DNA of 64,000 bases from an uncultured Acidobacteriota bacterium. GTDB lineage: Bacteria; Acidobacteriota; Vicinamibacteria; Vicinamibacterales; CAVVIG01. The notes beneath the pieces are model-generated. The model was given only the letters and a program-made list of their open reading frames with translations. It did no database searches and had not been told where the DNA came from. Shown here in pieces: positions 10,604 to 21,322 of the stretch; the stretch's first letter is position 1, and every line of letters begins with the position of its first letter. The DNA is taken from assembly GCA_963711505.1 (NCBI GenBank), contig CAVQEJ010000003.1, forward strand, positions 2,131,073-2,195,072. Reading direction: 5' to 3'. The translations under genes were made by a program, and so were the position numbers.

Positions 10604-12012
10604 TACAGCAGTATGCCGGCAATCGCCGCGGTAAGGAAGTTCGCCAGCGTGCCGGCCACCATGGCGAGCAAGCCCAGCCGGGCGAGATCGTGCCGCCGGT
10701 TCGGCGCCAGCGACCCGATGCCCCCGATTTCGATGCCGATGGATCCGAAGTTCGCGAATCCGCACAGGGCGAAGGTGGCGAGGGTGAACGTCCGCGGATC
10801 GAGGGCGCTCTTCAGCGTCCCGAGCTGGGCGTAGGCCACCAGCTCGTTGAGGGCCATGCGCGTGCCGAGCAGGTTGCCGATCGTGGCCGCCTCGTGCCAG
10901 GGGACGCCCAGGCTCCAGGCGATCGGCGCGAACACCCAGCCGAAGATCTGCTGCAGGCTGAGACCGGCGAAGCCGAGCACCGCATTCGTCATGGCGATGA
11001 GCGCCAGGAACGCGATGAGAATCGCGCCGACGTTCAGCGCCAGGCCCAGCCCCTCGAGCGTGCCCCGCCCGGCGGCGTCGATCACGTTGACGTCGGTCTT
11101 CTCCCGCCCGAGCGGCACGGTCCCCATCGTCCGCGGCTTCTGCGTCTCGGGCACGAGCATCTTGGCGATGAGAATGGTGCCGGGGGCCGTCATCACGACG
11201 GCCGTCACCAGGTGGCGTGCGCTGATGCCATAAAGAATGTAGGCCCCCATCATGCCGCCCGACACGTGCGCCATGCCCGACGTCATGACGGTCATCAGCT
11301 CCGACCGCGTCAGATCGGGCAGGTACGGCCGGATCGTGAGCGGCGCCTCGGTCATCCCCATGAACACGCTGGCGGCGACGTTCAGCGACTCCGCACCGCT
11401 GGCGCGCATCACCCGACGCATCCCCCAGGCGAAGGCCCGGACGATGGCGGGCAGCACGCCGAGGTGGTAGAGCACCGCCGACAACGCGGCGAAGAAAATG
11501 ATGGTCGGCAGCACCTGGAAGGCGAAGATGGCGCTGTACTGGGCGCCGGCCGGCCCGAGGGCGCCGGTCATGATGCGCGGCCAGGCGGACTTGTCCCCGA
11601 GCGGCCCGAACACGAATGCCGCCCCCACGTCGGCGAATCCGAGCAGGCTGCCGATGACGTCGCCGATCCGCTCGAAGATCCGCTGCCCGATGGCGGTCTT
11701 CAGCACGACCACCGCCACGGCGAACTGGAGGCCGAGCCCCCAGCCGACGGTCGGCCAGTGAATCGCCCGCCGATCGACCGAGCCGGCGTAGGCGATCGTC
11801 AGGATGACGACGACGCCGATGACCGACTGGATCCGCAGGGAACCACCCGCCCGGGCCGCCACGAAGGCCACGAGCGCGGCGCCCAGGGCGGCCGCGAAGA
11901 TGACGGCGTCGCGCCGGGTCAGCCGACTCGGCCGGAGACTCCACCCCACGGCGCCGGCCGGCGCGGCCGCGGCAGCCGCTTCGCCTTCTCCAATGGTCAC
12001 TTCCCCGTCCAT
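10603..12012 (-). CDS. CNT-family nucleoside:cation symporter (NupC/NupG-like)
   Basis: FAFQVLPTIIFF, FMGMTEAPL, NELVAY, FALCGFANFGSIGI. Confidence 0.92.
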   Translation of the reverse strand: MDGEVTIGEGEAAAAAAPAGAVGWSLRPSRLTRRDAVIFAAALGAALVAFVAARAGGSLRIQSVIGVVVILTIAYAGSVDRRAIHWPTVGWGLGLQFAVAVVVLKTAIGQRIFERIGDVIGSLLGFADVGAAFVFGPLGDKSAWPRIMTGALGPAGAQYSAIFAFQVLPTIIFFAALSAVLYHLGVLPAIVRAFAWGMRRVMRASGAESLNVAASVFMGMTEAPLTIRPYLPDLTRSELMTVMTSGMAHVSGGMMGAYILYGISARHLVTAVVMTAPGTILIAKMLVPETQKPRTMGTVPLGREKTDVNVIDAAGRGTLEGLGLALNVGAILIAFLALIAMTNAVLGFAGLSLQQIFGWVFAPIAWSLGVPWHEAATIGNLLGTRMALNELVAYAQLGTLKSALDPRTFTLATFALCGFANFGSIGIEIGGIGSLAPNRRHDLARLGLLAMVAGTLANFLTAAIAGILL

Positions 12013-12171
12013 GCGACCCCTCTCACCCGGCGCCGGCAGCCGGCCGCCCGCCAACGGCCGGGCTCTGCGGCCCGGCCCGCAGCCCCCGGCCCGACCGAGT
12101 ATACCCGTGGGCCGGCTGGACTTGATCGGCCGATAAGGGATATATCAGCCTCGAGTGTTCTCGTTGACGTC

Positions 12172-14401
12172 ATGACGCAGGCCCCCCAGATCTCCCCGGA
12201 AGTCGCGCGTGGTATGGCGATATTCGCCCGCGCCCTGGTGGCCGCCGCGCGCAACTGGACGCTCTATCCGCCCGAACATCCCGCCGTGGAAGCCTCGGTG
12301 AACCGGCTGGCGGAGGCGATTGCCGCGGCCACGTCCGGGGCCATCCTGTCGGTCGGGGCGACCCCCGATACCCTGCTCCTCCACGGCATCCCGGTGTCGG
12401 GTCGCGAACAGCAGCTGAGCGAGGCGGCCGCGCTGCTGCACGACCGCGACATCCTGCAGGTCACCTTCGCCGGCGAGGTGCCGATGGGCGCGCTGCGGCC
12501 GCTGCTGACCCTGCTGGCGCTCGACGAAGAGGCCCGGCGCACCCGCGGCGGCCCGGCGGCCATCTGGAACGCCGACGGCCATGCGTCGATCACGATCGAC
12601 CAGATCGACTACCAGAAGGTCCTCGAGGATCGGGAGGCCCCCGCCGATCCGAAGCGGCGTGACGACGTCTGGCAGGCGATCGCCCGGAACATCATCGACG
12701 GCAAGAAAGTCTTCGACGAGCAGGCCCAACAGCGCCTGCTCGAGATCGCGGGCGACCCGGGCGAGATCCTGGACCTGGCCGCGGCGGTCATGGCGCCGGG
12801 GCACGCGGCGGACGGTTCTCCGATGATCACGACCCAGGCGGCGACAGTGCTGGCCGCGTTCCACCGGCTGACGTCGATCGTGTCCGTCATGGCCGCCGAT
12901 CGCCTGCCGCAGGTCATTCAGAACCTCAGCGAAGCGGCCAGCCGGCTCGACCCGCACGTCGTCGTGCAGGTGCTGCAGTCGGCCGAGGAGGCCGACGAAG
13001 CGGTGCCCGTGGTGGGGCGGCTCGCGGGCGCGTTCGACGACACGCAGGTCGCCCGGCTGCTGGCCACCGCCCTGGCGGCCGAGGGGCAGGCCTCCGAACG
13101 GCTGGCGGAGGTCTTCAACACGATCGCGCCCGACACGGACCGCAAGCAGCGGGTCCTGACGCTGACCCGGTCGCTGCTGAACGAGAGCGACTTCGGCCGA
13201 TCGGGACAGTTCCAGGTGCTGTGGGCGTCGATGGAAGAGCTGCTGCTGTCCTACGACGAGAGTCCGTACGTCTCGGAGAGCTACCGCGCGGTGCTCGACG
13301 GCACGAGCACCCGGGCGCGGGCGATGGCCGAGCGCGACCTGCCGCCCGACCTGCCCGAGTGGCTCGAGACGCTGGATCGCGACAACGTCCGGGTGCTGTC
13401 GGTGACGCTGCTCATCGACCTGCTGCACCTGGAAGGCGACACGGCTCTCGGCGCCGACATCGCACGCGACCTGTCGGCGCTCGCCGAGGACCTGCTGCTC
13501 TCGGGCGACTACGCCGAGGTGGCACGCGTGACCGAGGCCCTGGAGCAGGCGGCCGGTCAGACGTCTGGCGGCCCCCTGCGGACGGCGGCGCGGCGGGCCC
13601 TCGACGACCTGGTCGACACGCTCGCGCTGCGGGAGATGGTGACGCTGCTCGGCGAACTCGCCCCGGAACAGATGACGGCGGTCGCGGCCATGAGCCGATC
13701 GATCGGCCCCAGGATGGTCGACGCGCTGCGCGACCCGCTGGCGACCGAGAAGGGCTCGCTCACCTGGACGCGCGCCGCCGATCTCGACGGTCGGGTTCGG
13801 CGCGGCAGCCGTCCCGCGTCTGGCGCCGCTGGCCGGTGACAGCCGCTGGGAGGTGCAGGTGGTCGCCGCCGAGCTGCTGGGCCAGCTCGCCGACCCGGCC
13901 GGCGTGCCGCTGCTGCAGGGCCTGGTGCGCGGCGGCCATCCCCGCGTCGCCCGGGCTGCCGTGGCGTCGCTCGCTGACATCGACGATCCGTCGGCGGCGC
14001 GCGCGCTGCACACGGTGCTGCGGGCGGCGACCGGCGAGGTGCGGCAGGCGGTGATCGATGCGCTCGTCTCGGATCCGGAGCCGCGCCTCGTGCCGATGCT
14101 CGTCGGGATCATCGGCGAGAGTCAGCCGCTCGGACGCGACCACGACGTGGTGCTGCAGACGCTCGGCGCCCTCGGGACGGTCGGCGGCGACCAGGCCGTG
14201 ACGGCGGTCCGCCGGGTGATGCGCTGGCGCAGCCTGCTGGCGCTGCGCAAGACCCGCACGCTCGCGCAGACGGCGGTCGACACCCTCGTGCAGATCGACA
14301 ACGACGCGGCCCGCCAGGCGATCGGCGACGCCGCCACTTCCGGTCATCGGGCGCTGCGTCGGGCGGCCCGCCACGCCCGTGGCCGCACCCGGACGGGCTA
14401 G
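12172..14401 (+). CDS. HEAT/ARM-repeat protein 1 with N-terminal LY...HP domain (frameshift near 13790)
   Basis: MTQAPQ...AARNWTLYPPEHPAV...; C-terminal HEAT-like repeats (AAELLGQL, VARAAVASL, VRQAVIDAL, LQTLGALG) in next frame. Confidence 0.75.
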
Positions 14402-14408
14402 GGACCGC

Positions 14409-15762
14409 ATGGAGCCCAGACGCGCTGACGAGATGGTCCGGCGGCTCGCTGCGGCGCTGCGCGCGGTCGAGCTGTACTCGGCCGCCCATCCGCTCGTCCA
14501 GCGGAGCGTCGGCACGCTGACGGCCACCTGCCTCGACGCGCTGCAGGCCGCCCCGACCGTCACGATCGGCTTCATCGGCGACGAGGTCGTCGTCGACGAT
14601 GTCCGGCTGACGAAGTCGTCGGCGTCGCTGGCCGGCTTCGTTCGCGGCCTGCGCGACCGGGAGATCGAGAAGATCACGATCGCCCGCGGCGTGTCCGCCG
14701 AGGAGTTCCGGGCGTTCGTTCAGATCCTGGCCGACCGCTCGTCGCGCGTGCCCGTCGCCGACCGGATCGCCCGGGACGCGCGCCACATCACCGTCGGCCG
14801 CCTCGTCATCGACGACGACGAGGAGAGCCAGGTCGGCATCGCCGCGGCTCGCCGCGTGTACCGGACGGCCGTCGAGACCGCCGAGACGCTGTGGAACCAG
14901 GCGAAGACCGGTGAGCAGCCCGACCCGCGTTCGGCCCGGAAGATCATCGAGAGCCTGGCGCGGCTGGTGAACGAGGACCGGACGTCGCTGATGGCCCTCA
15001 CGGCCCTGAAGCGGTACGACAACTACACGTTCACGCACATGGTGAACGTGTCGGCCCTGGCCATGGCACAGGCGCGGGCGCTCAACCTCGAAGGACCGCT
15101 GCTGCGCGAGTTCGGCTTCGCCGCCCTGATGCACGACATCGGCAAGGTGAACACGCCGCTGGAGATCCTGAACAAGCCCGACCGGCTGACCGGCGAGGAG
15201 TTCGCGATCATGAAGCGGCACGTCGATCGACGGCGCGCACATCCTGCGGCGCACGCCGGAGATGCCGGCGCTCGCCCCGATCGTCGCCTTCGAGCACCAC
15301 CTGAAGCAGGACCTGAGCGGCTATCCGGAGAACATCGGGTCGCGCCGGCTGAACCTGTGCACGACGATCGTCAGCATCGCCGACGTCTTCGACGCGCTGC
15401 GCAGCAACCGGCCGTACCGCGAGGGGCTGCCGACCGCGCGGATCCGGGCGATCATGCACGAGCAGGGCAACCCGGCGTTCCACCAGACCCTGCTGAAGCG
15501 CTTCGTGAACCTCGTCGGCCTGTTTCCGGTCGGCAACCTGGTCCGCCTGAGCACCGACGAGCTCGCGGTCGTCACGGCCGAGCACCCCGGCGATCCGTTG
15601 CGGCCGCAGGTGAAGGTCGTCACCGACGCGAAGGGCGAGCCGCTCGAGGAGCCGGTGCTCGCGAACACGTGGGAACGCGACGCCCGGGGCGAGCATCCCC
15701 GCGCCGTCGTCGAAGCCGTCGACCCCGAATCGGTGGATCTCGATCCGCTGAAATTCCTGTGA
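14409..15762 (+). CDS. HD-GYP cyclic dinucleotide phosphodiesterase 1 (frameshift near 15225)
   Basis: YTFTHMVNV, LMHDIGKV, FEHH...SGYP, IADVFDALRSNRPYR. Confidence 0.9.
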
Positions 15763-15782
15763 GGCCGCCGCACATCGAGCCG

Positions 15783-18035
15783 ATGCCGGAGCTGAACGAC
15801 CCCGCCGTCCCGCCGCCGCTCGCGCCCGAAGAGGCCGAGCAGCTGGTCGAATTCGCCCGTGCCTGCCGGGCCGCGGCACGGGCCGTCGCCCTGTACCCCG
15901 GCGGCCACCCCGCCATCGGCACGGCCCTGGGCCGGCTGGCCGATCTCACGCGCCGGACTCTCGCCGGGGGCCCGCTCGCGCTCGGCGTCCTGCCCGACGA
16001 CTTGCACCTGGAAGGACGGGGCCTCGATCGCGGCGAGGCAGCGGTCGGGGAACTCGCAGCCCTGCTGCACGCGCACGGCATCGGCAGCCTGACGATTCAG
16101 CCCGGCATCGCCGAGTCGGCGTGGCAGCCGTTCTTCGCGCTGCTGAGCCAGTCGCCCGACGCGGTGCGTGCCGAAGGCGGCTTCGCCCGGGCGTGGCTGA
16201 CCACCGGTGAGCAGGGACTGGCGATCACCGAGATCGATTACGCGGACGTACTGCGCGAACGTGGCGGCGGCGAACACGTCGGCTGGGAGGCCATCGTCGC
16301 CGGCTGTCTGCAGGGCGACGCCCCGCTCGACGCCGCGGCGCTGGCGTCGCTGTTCCTCGCGCCCGACGCCGCGCGCCGGTTCAGCGAGCTCGCCGCGCTC
16401 GTCGACCGCCGCGCCGCAGACGGCGGTGCCGCCGCCCGGACCTCCGCCCTGCAGCGCCTGCTCGCGGGAGTGGCCGGCGTGCCGCGCGACAGCGCCGCCG
16501 TCGCGGGCGCCATCACCGACAGTGCCGGCGCGGTGCTGACGGAGCTGCCGGCCGATCTCACCCTCGCGCTGCTCGACGGCGAGACGGACCCGGACGCCGC
16601 ACCGGCGGCCGGCGGCGTGCTGCAGATGGCTCCGGAGACGGCGCTCAGCCGCTTCGTCGCCCGGGCCGTGATCAACGACCGATCGGCGAGCGCCCGGCTG
16701 GTGCGTGCCTTCCGGTCGCTCGTCCCCGACGACGACCGCCGCCGGCGCCTGCTGCGTCTCGTGCGCGAGGAGGTGGCGGCGTCACCGCTCGGAGACGAGG
16801 CCGGTTTCGAGGAGCTGTGGAACGAGGTGTCCGGGCTCCTGAGCTCCTATTCCGACTCGCCGTTCGTCGGCGACGCCTACGGCCGTGAGCTGTCGGCTTC
16901 GCACGCGCAGGCCATCGAGGTCGAACAGATCCACGACGACGCCCCCGAGCAGATCGCCACGTGGCTGCGGACGGTGGCGCCCTCGGCGGTCCGCACGCTG
17001 GATCAGCGCCTGCTGCTCGATCTGCTGGCCATCGAGGCGGACGCCGATCGCTGGGCCGGCATTGCGGCCTCGGTGCTCTCGGCCGTCGAAGACCTCCTGC
17101 TCGTCGGCGACATCGGCGCCGCCCGCCAGCTGATCGGGGCGCTGGCCACCGAGGCCGCACCCTCGGGCCGCGCGAGCCATCAGGGCGCGGCGGGCGCGGC
17201 CATCGAGCGGCTCGTCGGCGGCGCGATGATGTCGCACACGGTCGCCCACCTGCAGACGATGGACGATGCGACGTTCGAGCAGGTCAAGGCGCTGTGCCTG
17301 GAGCTCGGCGACCGGATGGTGCCGGCGCTGGCCGACGCCCTCTCGGTCGAGGACCGCGGCCGCGCGCAGCAGCGGCTCACCGCGCTGCTGCTCGCCTACG
17401 GCGCAACCGGCCGCCAGGCCGTCGAGCGGCTGAAGATGTCGGCGAGCGCCTCGGTGCGGCGGACGGCCGCGTACCTCCTCCGGGCGTTCGGCGGCAGCGA
17501 GGCCCTGCCCGATCTCGCCGCGCTGCTCGAGGACGAGGAACCCGCGGTCCAGCGCGAGGCCATCCGCGGCATTCTGGCCATCGGCAGCGAGGCCGCCTAC
17601 GCCGTGCTCGGACGGGCGCTGGCCGAGGGGACGCCGCAATCGCGCGACCGGATCATGGGCGCGCTCGCCTCGCTGCGCCAGGAGCAGCCGGCCCCGCTCG
17701 TCAGCTATCTGGTCGAGACGCTGGATCATCGCGGTCTCAGCGACGTCTCGCTGCGCGCCATCGAGCTGCTCGGCGCGCTCGGCGCCCCGTCGGGCGTGCC
17801 GGCGCTGACGCAGGCGCTGTACCGCGGCGAGTGGTGGGCGCCCCGACGGACGGCGATGCTGCGCACGGCCGCGGCCGGCGCGCTGGCCCGGATCGATCAC
17901 GCCGACGCCCGGCGGGCGCTCGACGACGCCGCCGGCCGCGGCCCACGGGGCGTCAGGGCGGCCGCGCGCGGGGCGTCGGGGAGACGGACCGGACGTAGAA
18001 CGGAGAACGGAGAGGGGCGTCGGAAATCGCAATGA
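15783..18035 (+). CDS. HEAT/ARM-repeat protein 2, paralog of 12172-14401
   Basis: MPELND...AARAVALYPGGHPAI...; shares IDY..VL..R, LL.SY..SP.V...Y and EDLLL.GD blocks with paralog 1; C-terminal HEAT repeats. Confidence 0.78.
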   Translation: MPELNDPAVPPPLAPEEAEQLVEFARACRAAARAVALYPGGHPAIGTALGRLADLTRRTLAGGPLALGVLPDDLHLEGRGLDRGEAAVGELAALLHAHGIGSLTIQPGIAESAWQPFFALLSQSPDAVRAEGGFARAWLTTGEQGLAITEIDYADVLRERGGGEHVGWEAIVAGCLQGDAPLDAAALASLFLAPDAARRFSELAALVDRRAADGGAAARTSALQRLLAGVAGVPRDSAAVAGAITDSAGAVLTELPADLTLALLDGETDPDAAPAAGGVLQMAPETALSRFVARAVINDRSASARLVRAFRSLVPDDDRRRRLLRLVREEVAASPLGDEAGFEELWNEVSGLLSSYSDSPFVGDAYGRELSASHAQAIEVEQIHDDAPEQIATWLRTVAPSAVRTLDQRLLLDLLAIEADADRWAGIAASVLSAVEDLLLVGDIGAARQLIGALATEAAPSGRASHQGAAGAAIERLVGGAMMSHTVAHLQTMDDATFEQVKALCLELGDRMVPALADALSVEDRGRAQQRLTALLLAYGATGRQAVERLKMSASASVRRTAAYLLRAFGGSEALPDLAALLEDEEPAVQREAIRGILAIGSEAAYAVLGRALAEGTPQSRDRIMGALASLRQEQPAPLVSYLVETLDHRGLSDVSLRAIELLGALGAPSGVPALTQALYRGEWWAPRRTAMLRTAAAGALARIDHADARRALDDAAGRGPRGVRAAARGASGRRTGRRTENGEGRRKSQ

Positions 18036-18133
18036 GCGATGGGCAACGGGCAATGCTCGGAACTCGATGCCCGGCGCTCGGGACGAAGACGTCGGACACA
18101 GGACGTTGGACGTTGGACGTTGGACGCAGGACG
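17995..18133. repeat. Heptamer tandem repeats (GAACGGA; GGACGTT)
   Basis: gaacggagaacggaga and ggacacaggacgttggacgttggacgttggacgcaggacgt. Confidence 0.7.
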
Positions 18134-18139
18134 TAACCC

Positions 18140-19510
18140 ATGCCTCCTGACACCCGGTTACCACAGTCTGCTGTCGAGGAACTGCCGCGGCGTCTCGCGG
18201 CGGCGCTCCGTGCGTCGCAGCTGTACACGCCCGGCCATCCGATCATCGCCCGCAACACGGCGGCGTTCGGAGCGAGCCTGTCCGAGATCCTCGCGCGCCA
18301 GCCGAAGGCCACCCTCGGCCTGATCGGCGAGGAACTGGTCGTGCAGGGCGTGCCGGTCGCCCGGGCGGCCGAGACGCTCGGCGACCTGATGAAACGGCTG
18401 CGCGTCGCGGGCGTCGAGCGGATGACGTTCGACCGCGGCGTCACCGACGAGGAACTGACCGCCTTCGTGGAGGCGCTCGCCGGCCTGACGGGACAGGCGG
18501 CCGAGGACACGGGCACGCTGGCCTTCCCTCACATCCGCGTGGGCCGGATCGAGGCCGATCGGCCTGGCGCGGCGCCCGACCAGACGGGCACCGACACGAT
18601 CCGGCAGCTGTACGGCGACGCCGTCTCGGTGGCCGGCGCCGTCTGGCGGCAGGCGGGCGGCGGCCAGGCACCGGACCCGGCGGCCGTGCGGGCGGCGATC
18701 GACGGCCTGGCCCGGGCCGTCGCGCGGAACCGGACGGCGCTGGTCGCCCTGACGGCGCTCAAGCGGTACGACGACTACACCTTCACGCACATGGTGAACG
18801 TCTCGATCCTGACGATGGCGCAGGCGCGGAGCCTTGGCATCGACGGCCCGCTGCTGCGGGAGTTCGGGCTGTCCGCCCTGATGCACGACATCGGCAAGGT
18901 CCGGACCCCGACCGACATCCTGAACAAGCCCGACGCGCTGACGCCGGCCGAGTTCGCGGTGATGAAGCGGCACGTGGTCGACGGCGCCGAGATCCTGCGC
19001 GAGACGCCCGAGATGCCGGCGCTCGCCCCGATCGTGGCGTTCGAGCACCACCTGCGGCTCGATCGCACGGGCTATCCGAACGACGTCTCGCGCTCGTCGC
19101 TGAATCTGGGCACCATGCTGTGCAGCATCGCCGACGTGTACGACGCGATGCGATCGCAGCGGAAGTACCAGGAGGCCTTCCCGACCGATCGGATCCTCGC
19201 CGTCCTGCAGCGCAACGACGGCCAGCAGTTCGACCAGCAGCTGGTCCGGCGCTTCACGCAGCTGATCGGCATCTATCCGCCGGGCACGCTCGTGCGGCTC
19301 GACACAGGCGACATCGCGATCGTCCGTCAGGTGCACGCCGCCGATCCCCGGCGGCCGAGGGTCCGGGTCCTGTTCGCCCCCGACGGCACGCCGGTGGCGG
19401 CGCGCGATCTCGCGCTGTGGGAGGCGGCCGACCGGGGCGCCTCGCCGTCCGCGATCGTCGCGCCGGTCGACCCGGCCGGCTTCGACGTCGACCCGCTCGC
19501 CCACCTGTGA
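18140..19510 (+). CDS. HD-GYP cyclic dinucleotide phosphodiesterase 2 (RxxQ variant)
   Basis: YTFTHMVNV, LMHDIGKV, FEHH...TGYP, IADVYDAMRSQRKYQ; intact ORF. Confidence 0.92.
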   Translation: MPPDTRLPQSAVEELPRRLAAALRASQLYTPGHPIIARNTAAFGASLSEILARQPKATLGLIGEELVVQGVPVARAAETLGDLMKRLRVAGVERMTFDRGVTDEELTAFVEALAGLTGQAAEDTGTLAFPHIRVGRIEADRPGAAPDQTGTDTIRQLYGDAVSVAGAVWRQAGGGQAPDPAAVRAAIDGLARAVARNRTALVALTALKRYDDYTFTHMVNVSILTMAQARSLGIDGPLLREFGLSALMHDIGKVRTPTDILNKPDALTPAEFAVMKRHVVDGAEILRETPEMPALAPIVAFEHHLRLDRTGYPNDVSRSSLNLGTMLCSIADVYDAMRSQRKYQEAFPTDRILAVLQRNDGQQFDQQLVRRFTQLIGIYPPGTLVRLDTGDIAIVRQVHAADPRRPRVRVLFAPDGTPVAARDLALWEAADRGASPSAIVAPVDPAGFDVDPLAHL

Positions 19511-19678
19511 TCGTCGCCCGCCGGAGGTGCGGGCAATGATCGGCTGCAAAAGGGGTGCGGCAGCCGCCGGGCGTCTGTTATCCTTGGCGGACGATTTTTC
19601 GATCGCAGGCGCGCTCCGTCCCCGCCCCTCCGGCTCCAGGGGCCCGTCGGCCGCGGCTGCTTCCTGGAGACACGTTCG

Positions 19679-21322
19679 ATGAAATGGCGCGTGCTCGTAT
19701 CGGTGACGGCTGTCGCCGCCCTGTCGATCCTGTCGACACTGTCGCCCCTGGGGGGCGTCCGGCCGTCGGCGCAGACTCCGGCCATCGCCCGGTCCACGGC
19801 GGTGGCCACCACCCGGCAGTCGCTCGGGGTGTGGGACGCCCGGGTCGACAGCATGCTGTCGGGCGGCCAGCTCGATATCGGTCGCACCCAGACTGACACG
19901 GTGCTGCCGGGTCGCGAGCACGTGCGGCTGGACCAGAAGTACCAGGGGCTGCCGGTCTTCGGCGGCCAGCTGGTGCGGCAGTTCGACAACGGCACCGTGG
20001 TCAGCATCTTCGGGCGGTACTTCCCGAACATCGACATCAGCACCCAGCCGGCGATCTCGGCGACGAGGGCGGCCCAGGCGGCCGTGGCCGCGCAGGGCAC
20101 CGGCGCGGTGGCGTCGGGCGATCCGGTGCTCGGCGTGCTGCCGCTCCCCGGGTCGCGCTACGTGCTGGCGTGGCGGGTCGACGTGCGGAGTCCGTTCGAC
20201 ATCGAGCGGTACTACGTCGACGCCCGCAGCGGCGCGGTCGTCCACAAGGTCAGCCGGGTCGTGGCGGAGCAGGCGTCACCGGCCATCGGGGTCGGCACGG
20301 GCGTGCTGGGCGAGCAGGAGAAGATGAGCGTGAACCTGAGCGCCGGGACGTATCAGGCGGTCGACGTGCTGCGACCGGCGGCGCAGTTCACGCTGACCTT
20401 CGGCGGCAGCATCAGCCGGTTCAACGACTTCTTCACGAACGGCCTGGTCTTCTCGTCGGACATCGCGACCGATTCCGACAACACCTGGACCGACGGCGCC
20501 GTCGTCGACGCCCACGCCTTCGAGGGGATGGTCTACGACTACTACTACAAGGTGATGGGCCGGCAGGGGTTGGACGGGGCGAACCGCCAGGTGATCGGCA
20601 TCGTGCACCCGATCGACCGGGCCGACGCCGGCCGCGTCAGCTCGACGGTCCGCGACACCTACATCAACAACGCGCTGTACCTGGGCGACGGCTACACGCT
20701 GTACGGTGACGGCGACGGCACGCACTTCACCTACCTGTCCGGCGCCCTCGACATCGTCGGCCACGAGCTGACGCACGGGGTCACCGACTACACGTCCCAA
20801 CTGGTCGAGCAGGACGAGTCGGGCGCGCTGAACGAGGCGTTCTCGGACATCATGGGAACGGCGATCGAGTTCGACCTGCAGCCGGCCGGCACCGGCAAGG
20901 GCAAGGCCGACTGGCTGATCGGCGAGGACGTGACGCTGCAGTCGCCGGGCTACATCCGATCGCTGGAGGATCCGCACGCCAACGGCTATCCCGATCACTA
21001 CAGCCTGCGCAAGTACATCGGGACCGACACCGACAACGGCGGGGTCCACTACAACTCGACGATCGTGAGCCACGCGTTCTACCTGGCCGTGCACGGCGGC
21101 ACCGACCGCGTGTCGGGCATCACCGTGCAGGGGGTCGGCATGGACAAGCTGCAGGAGATTGCGAAGATCTTCTACCGGGCCTGGACGTACATGCTGATCC
21201 CGGACGCACAGTTCATCGACGCCCGGAACGGCACCTTGCAGGCGGCGGTTGACCTGTACGGCCCGGGCAGCAACGAATACAACCAGGTGAAGCAGGCCTG
21301 GGACGCCGTGGGAGTCCAGTGA
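19679..21322 (+). CDS. M4 family (thermolysin-like) secreted metallopeptidase
   Basis: Signal peptide, FTP/PepSY-like propeptide, HELTH, ALNEAFSD, GGVHYNS. Confidence 0.93.
   Translation: MKWRVLVSVTAVAALSILSTLSPLGGVRPSAQTPAIARSTAVATTRQSLGVWDARVDSMLSGGQLDIGRTQTDTVLPGREHVRLDQKYQGLPVFGGQLVRQFDNGTVVSIFGRYFPNIDISTQPAISATRAAQAAVAAQGTGAVASGDPVLGVLPLPGSRYVLAWRVDVRSPFDIERYYVDARSGAVVHKVSRVVAEQASPAIGVGTGVLGEQEKMSVNLSAGTYQAVDVLRPAAQFTLTFGGSISRFNDFFTNGLVFSSDIATDSDNTWTDGAVVDAHAFEGMVYDYYYKVMGRQGLDGANRQVIGIVHPIDRADAGRVSSTVRDTYINNALYLGDGYTLYGDGDGTHFTYLSGALDIVGHELTHGVTDYTSQLVEQDESGALNEAFSDIMGTAIEFDLQPAGTGKGKADWLIGEDVTLQSPGYIRSLEDPHANGYPDHYSLRKYIGTDTDNGGVHYNSTIVSHAFYLAVHGGTDRVSGITVQGVGMDKLQEIAKIFYRAWTYMLIPDAQFIDARNGTLQAAVDLYGPGSNEYNQVKQAWDAVGVQ

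Noticed and set aside
12121..12137. Sigma-28-like -10 element GCCGATAA / palindrome upstream of the HEAT operon
   Set aside because: No matching -35 element at the expected spacing; too weak to call.
10690..18035. Giant fusion ORFs 10690-13839 and 14379-18035
   Set aside because: They arise from open shadow frames and frameshifts joining separate genes (HD-GYP1 N-terminus to HEAT2); paralog comparison supports four separate genes.
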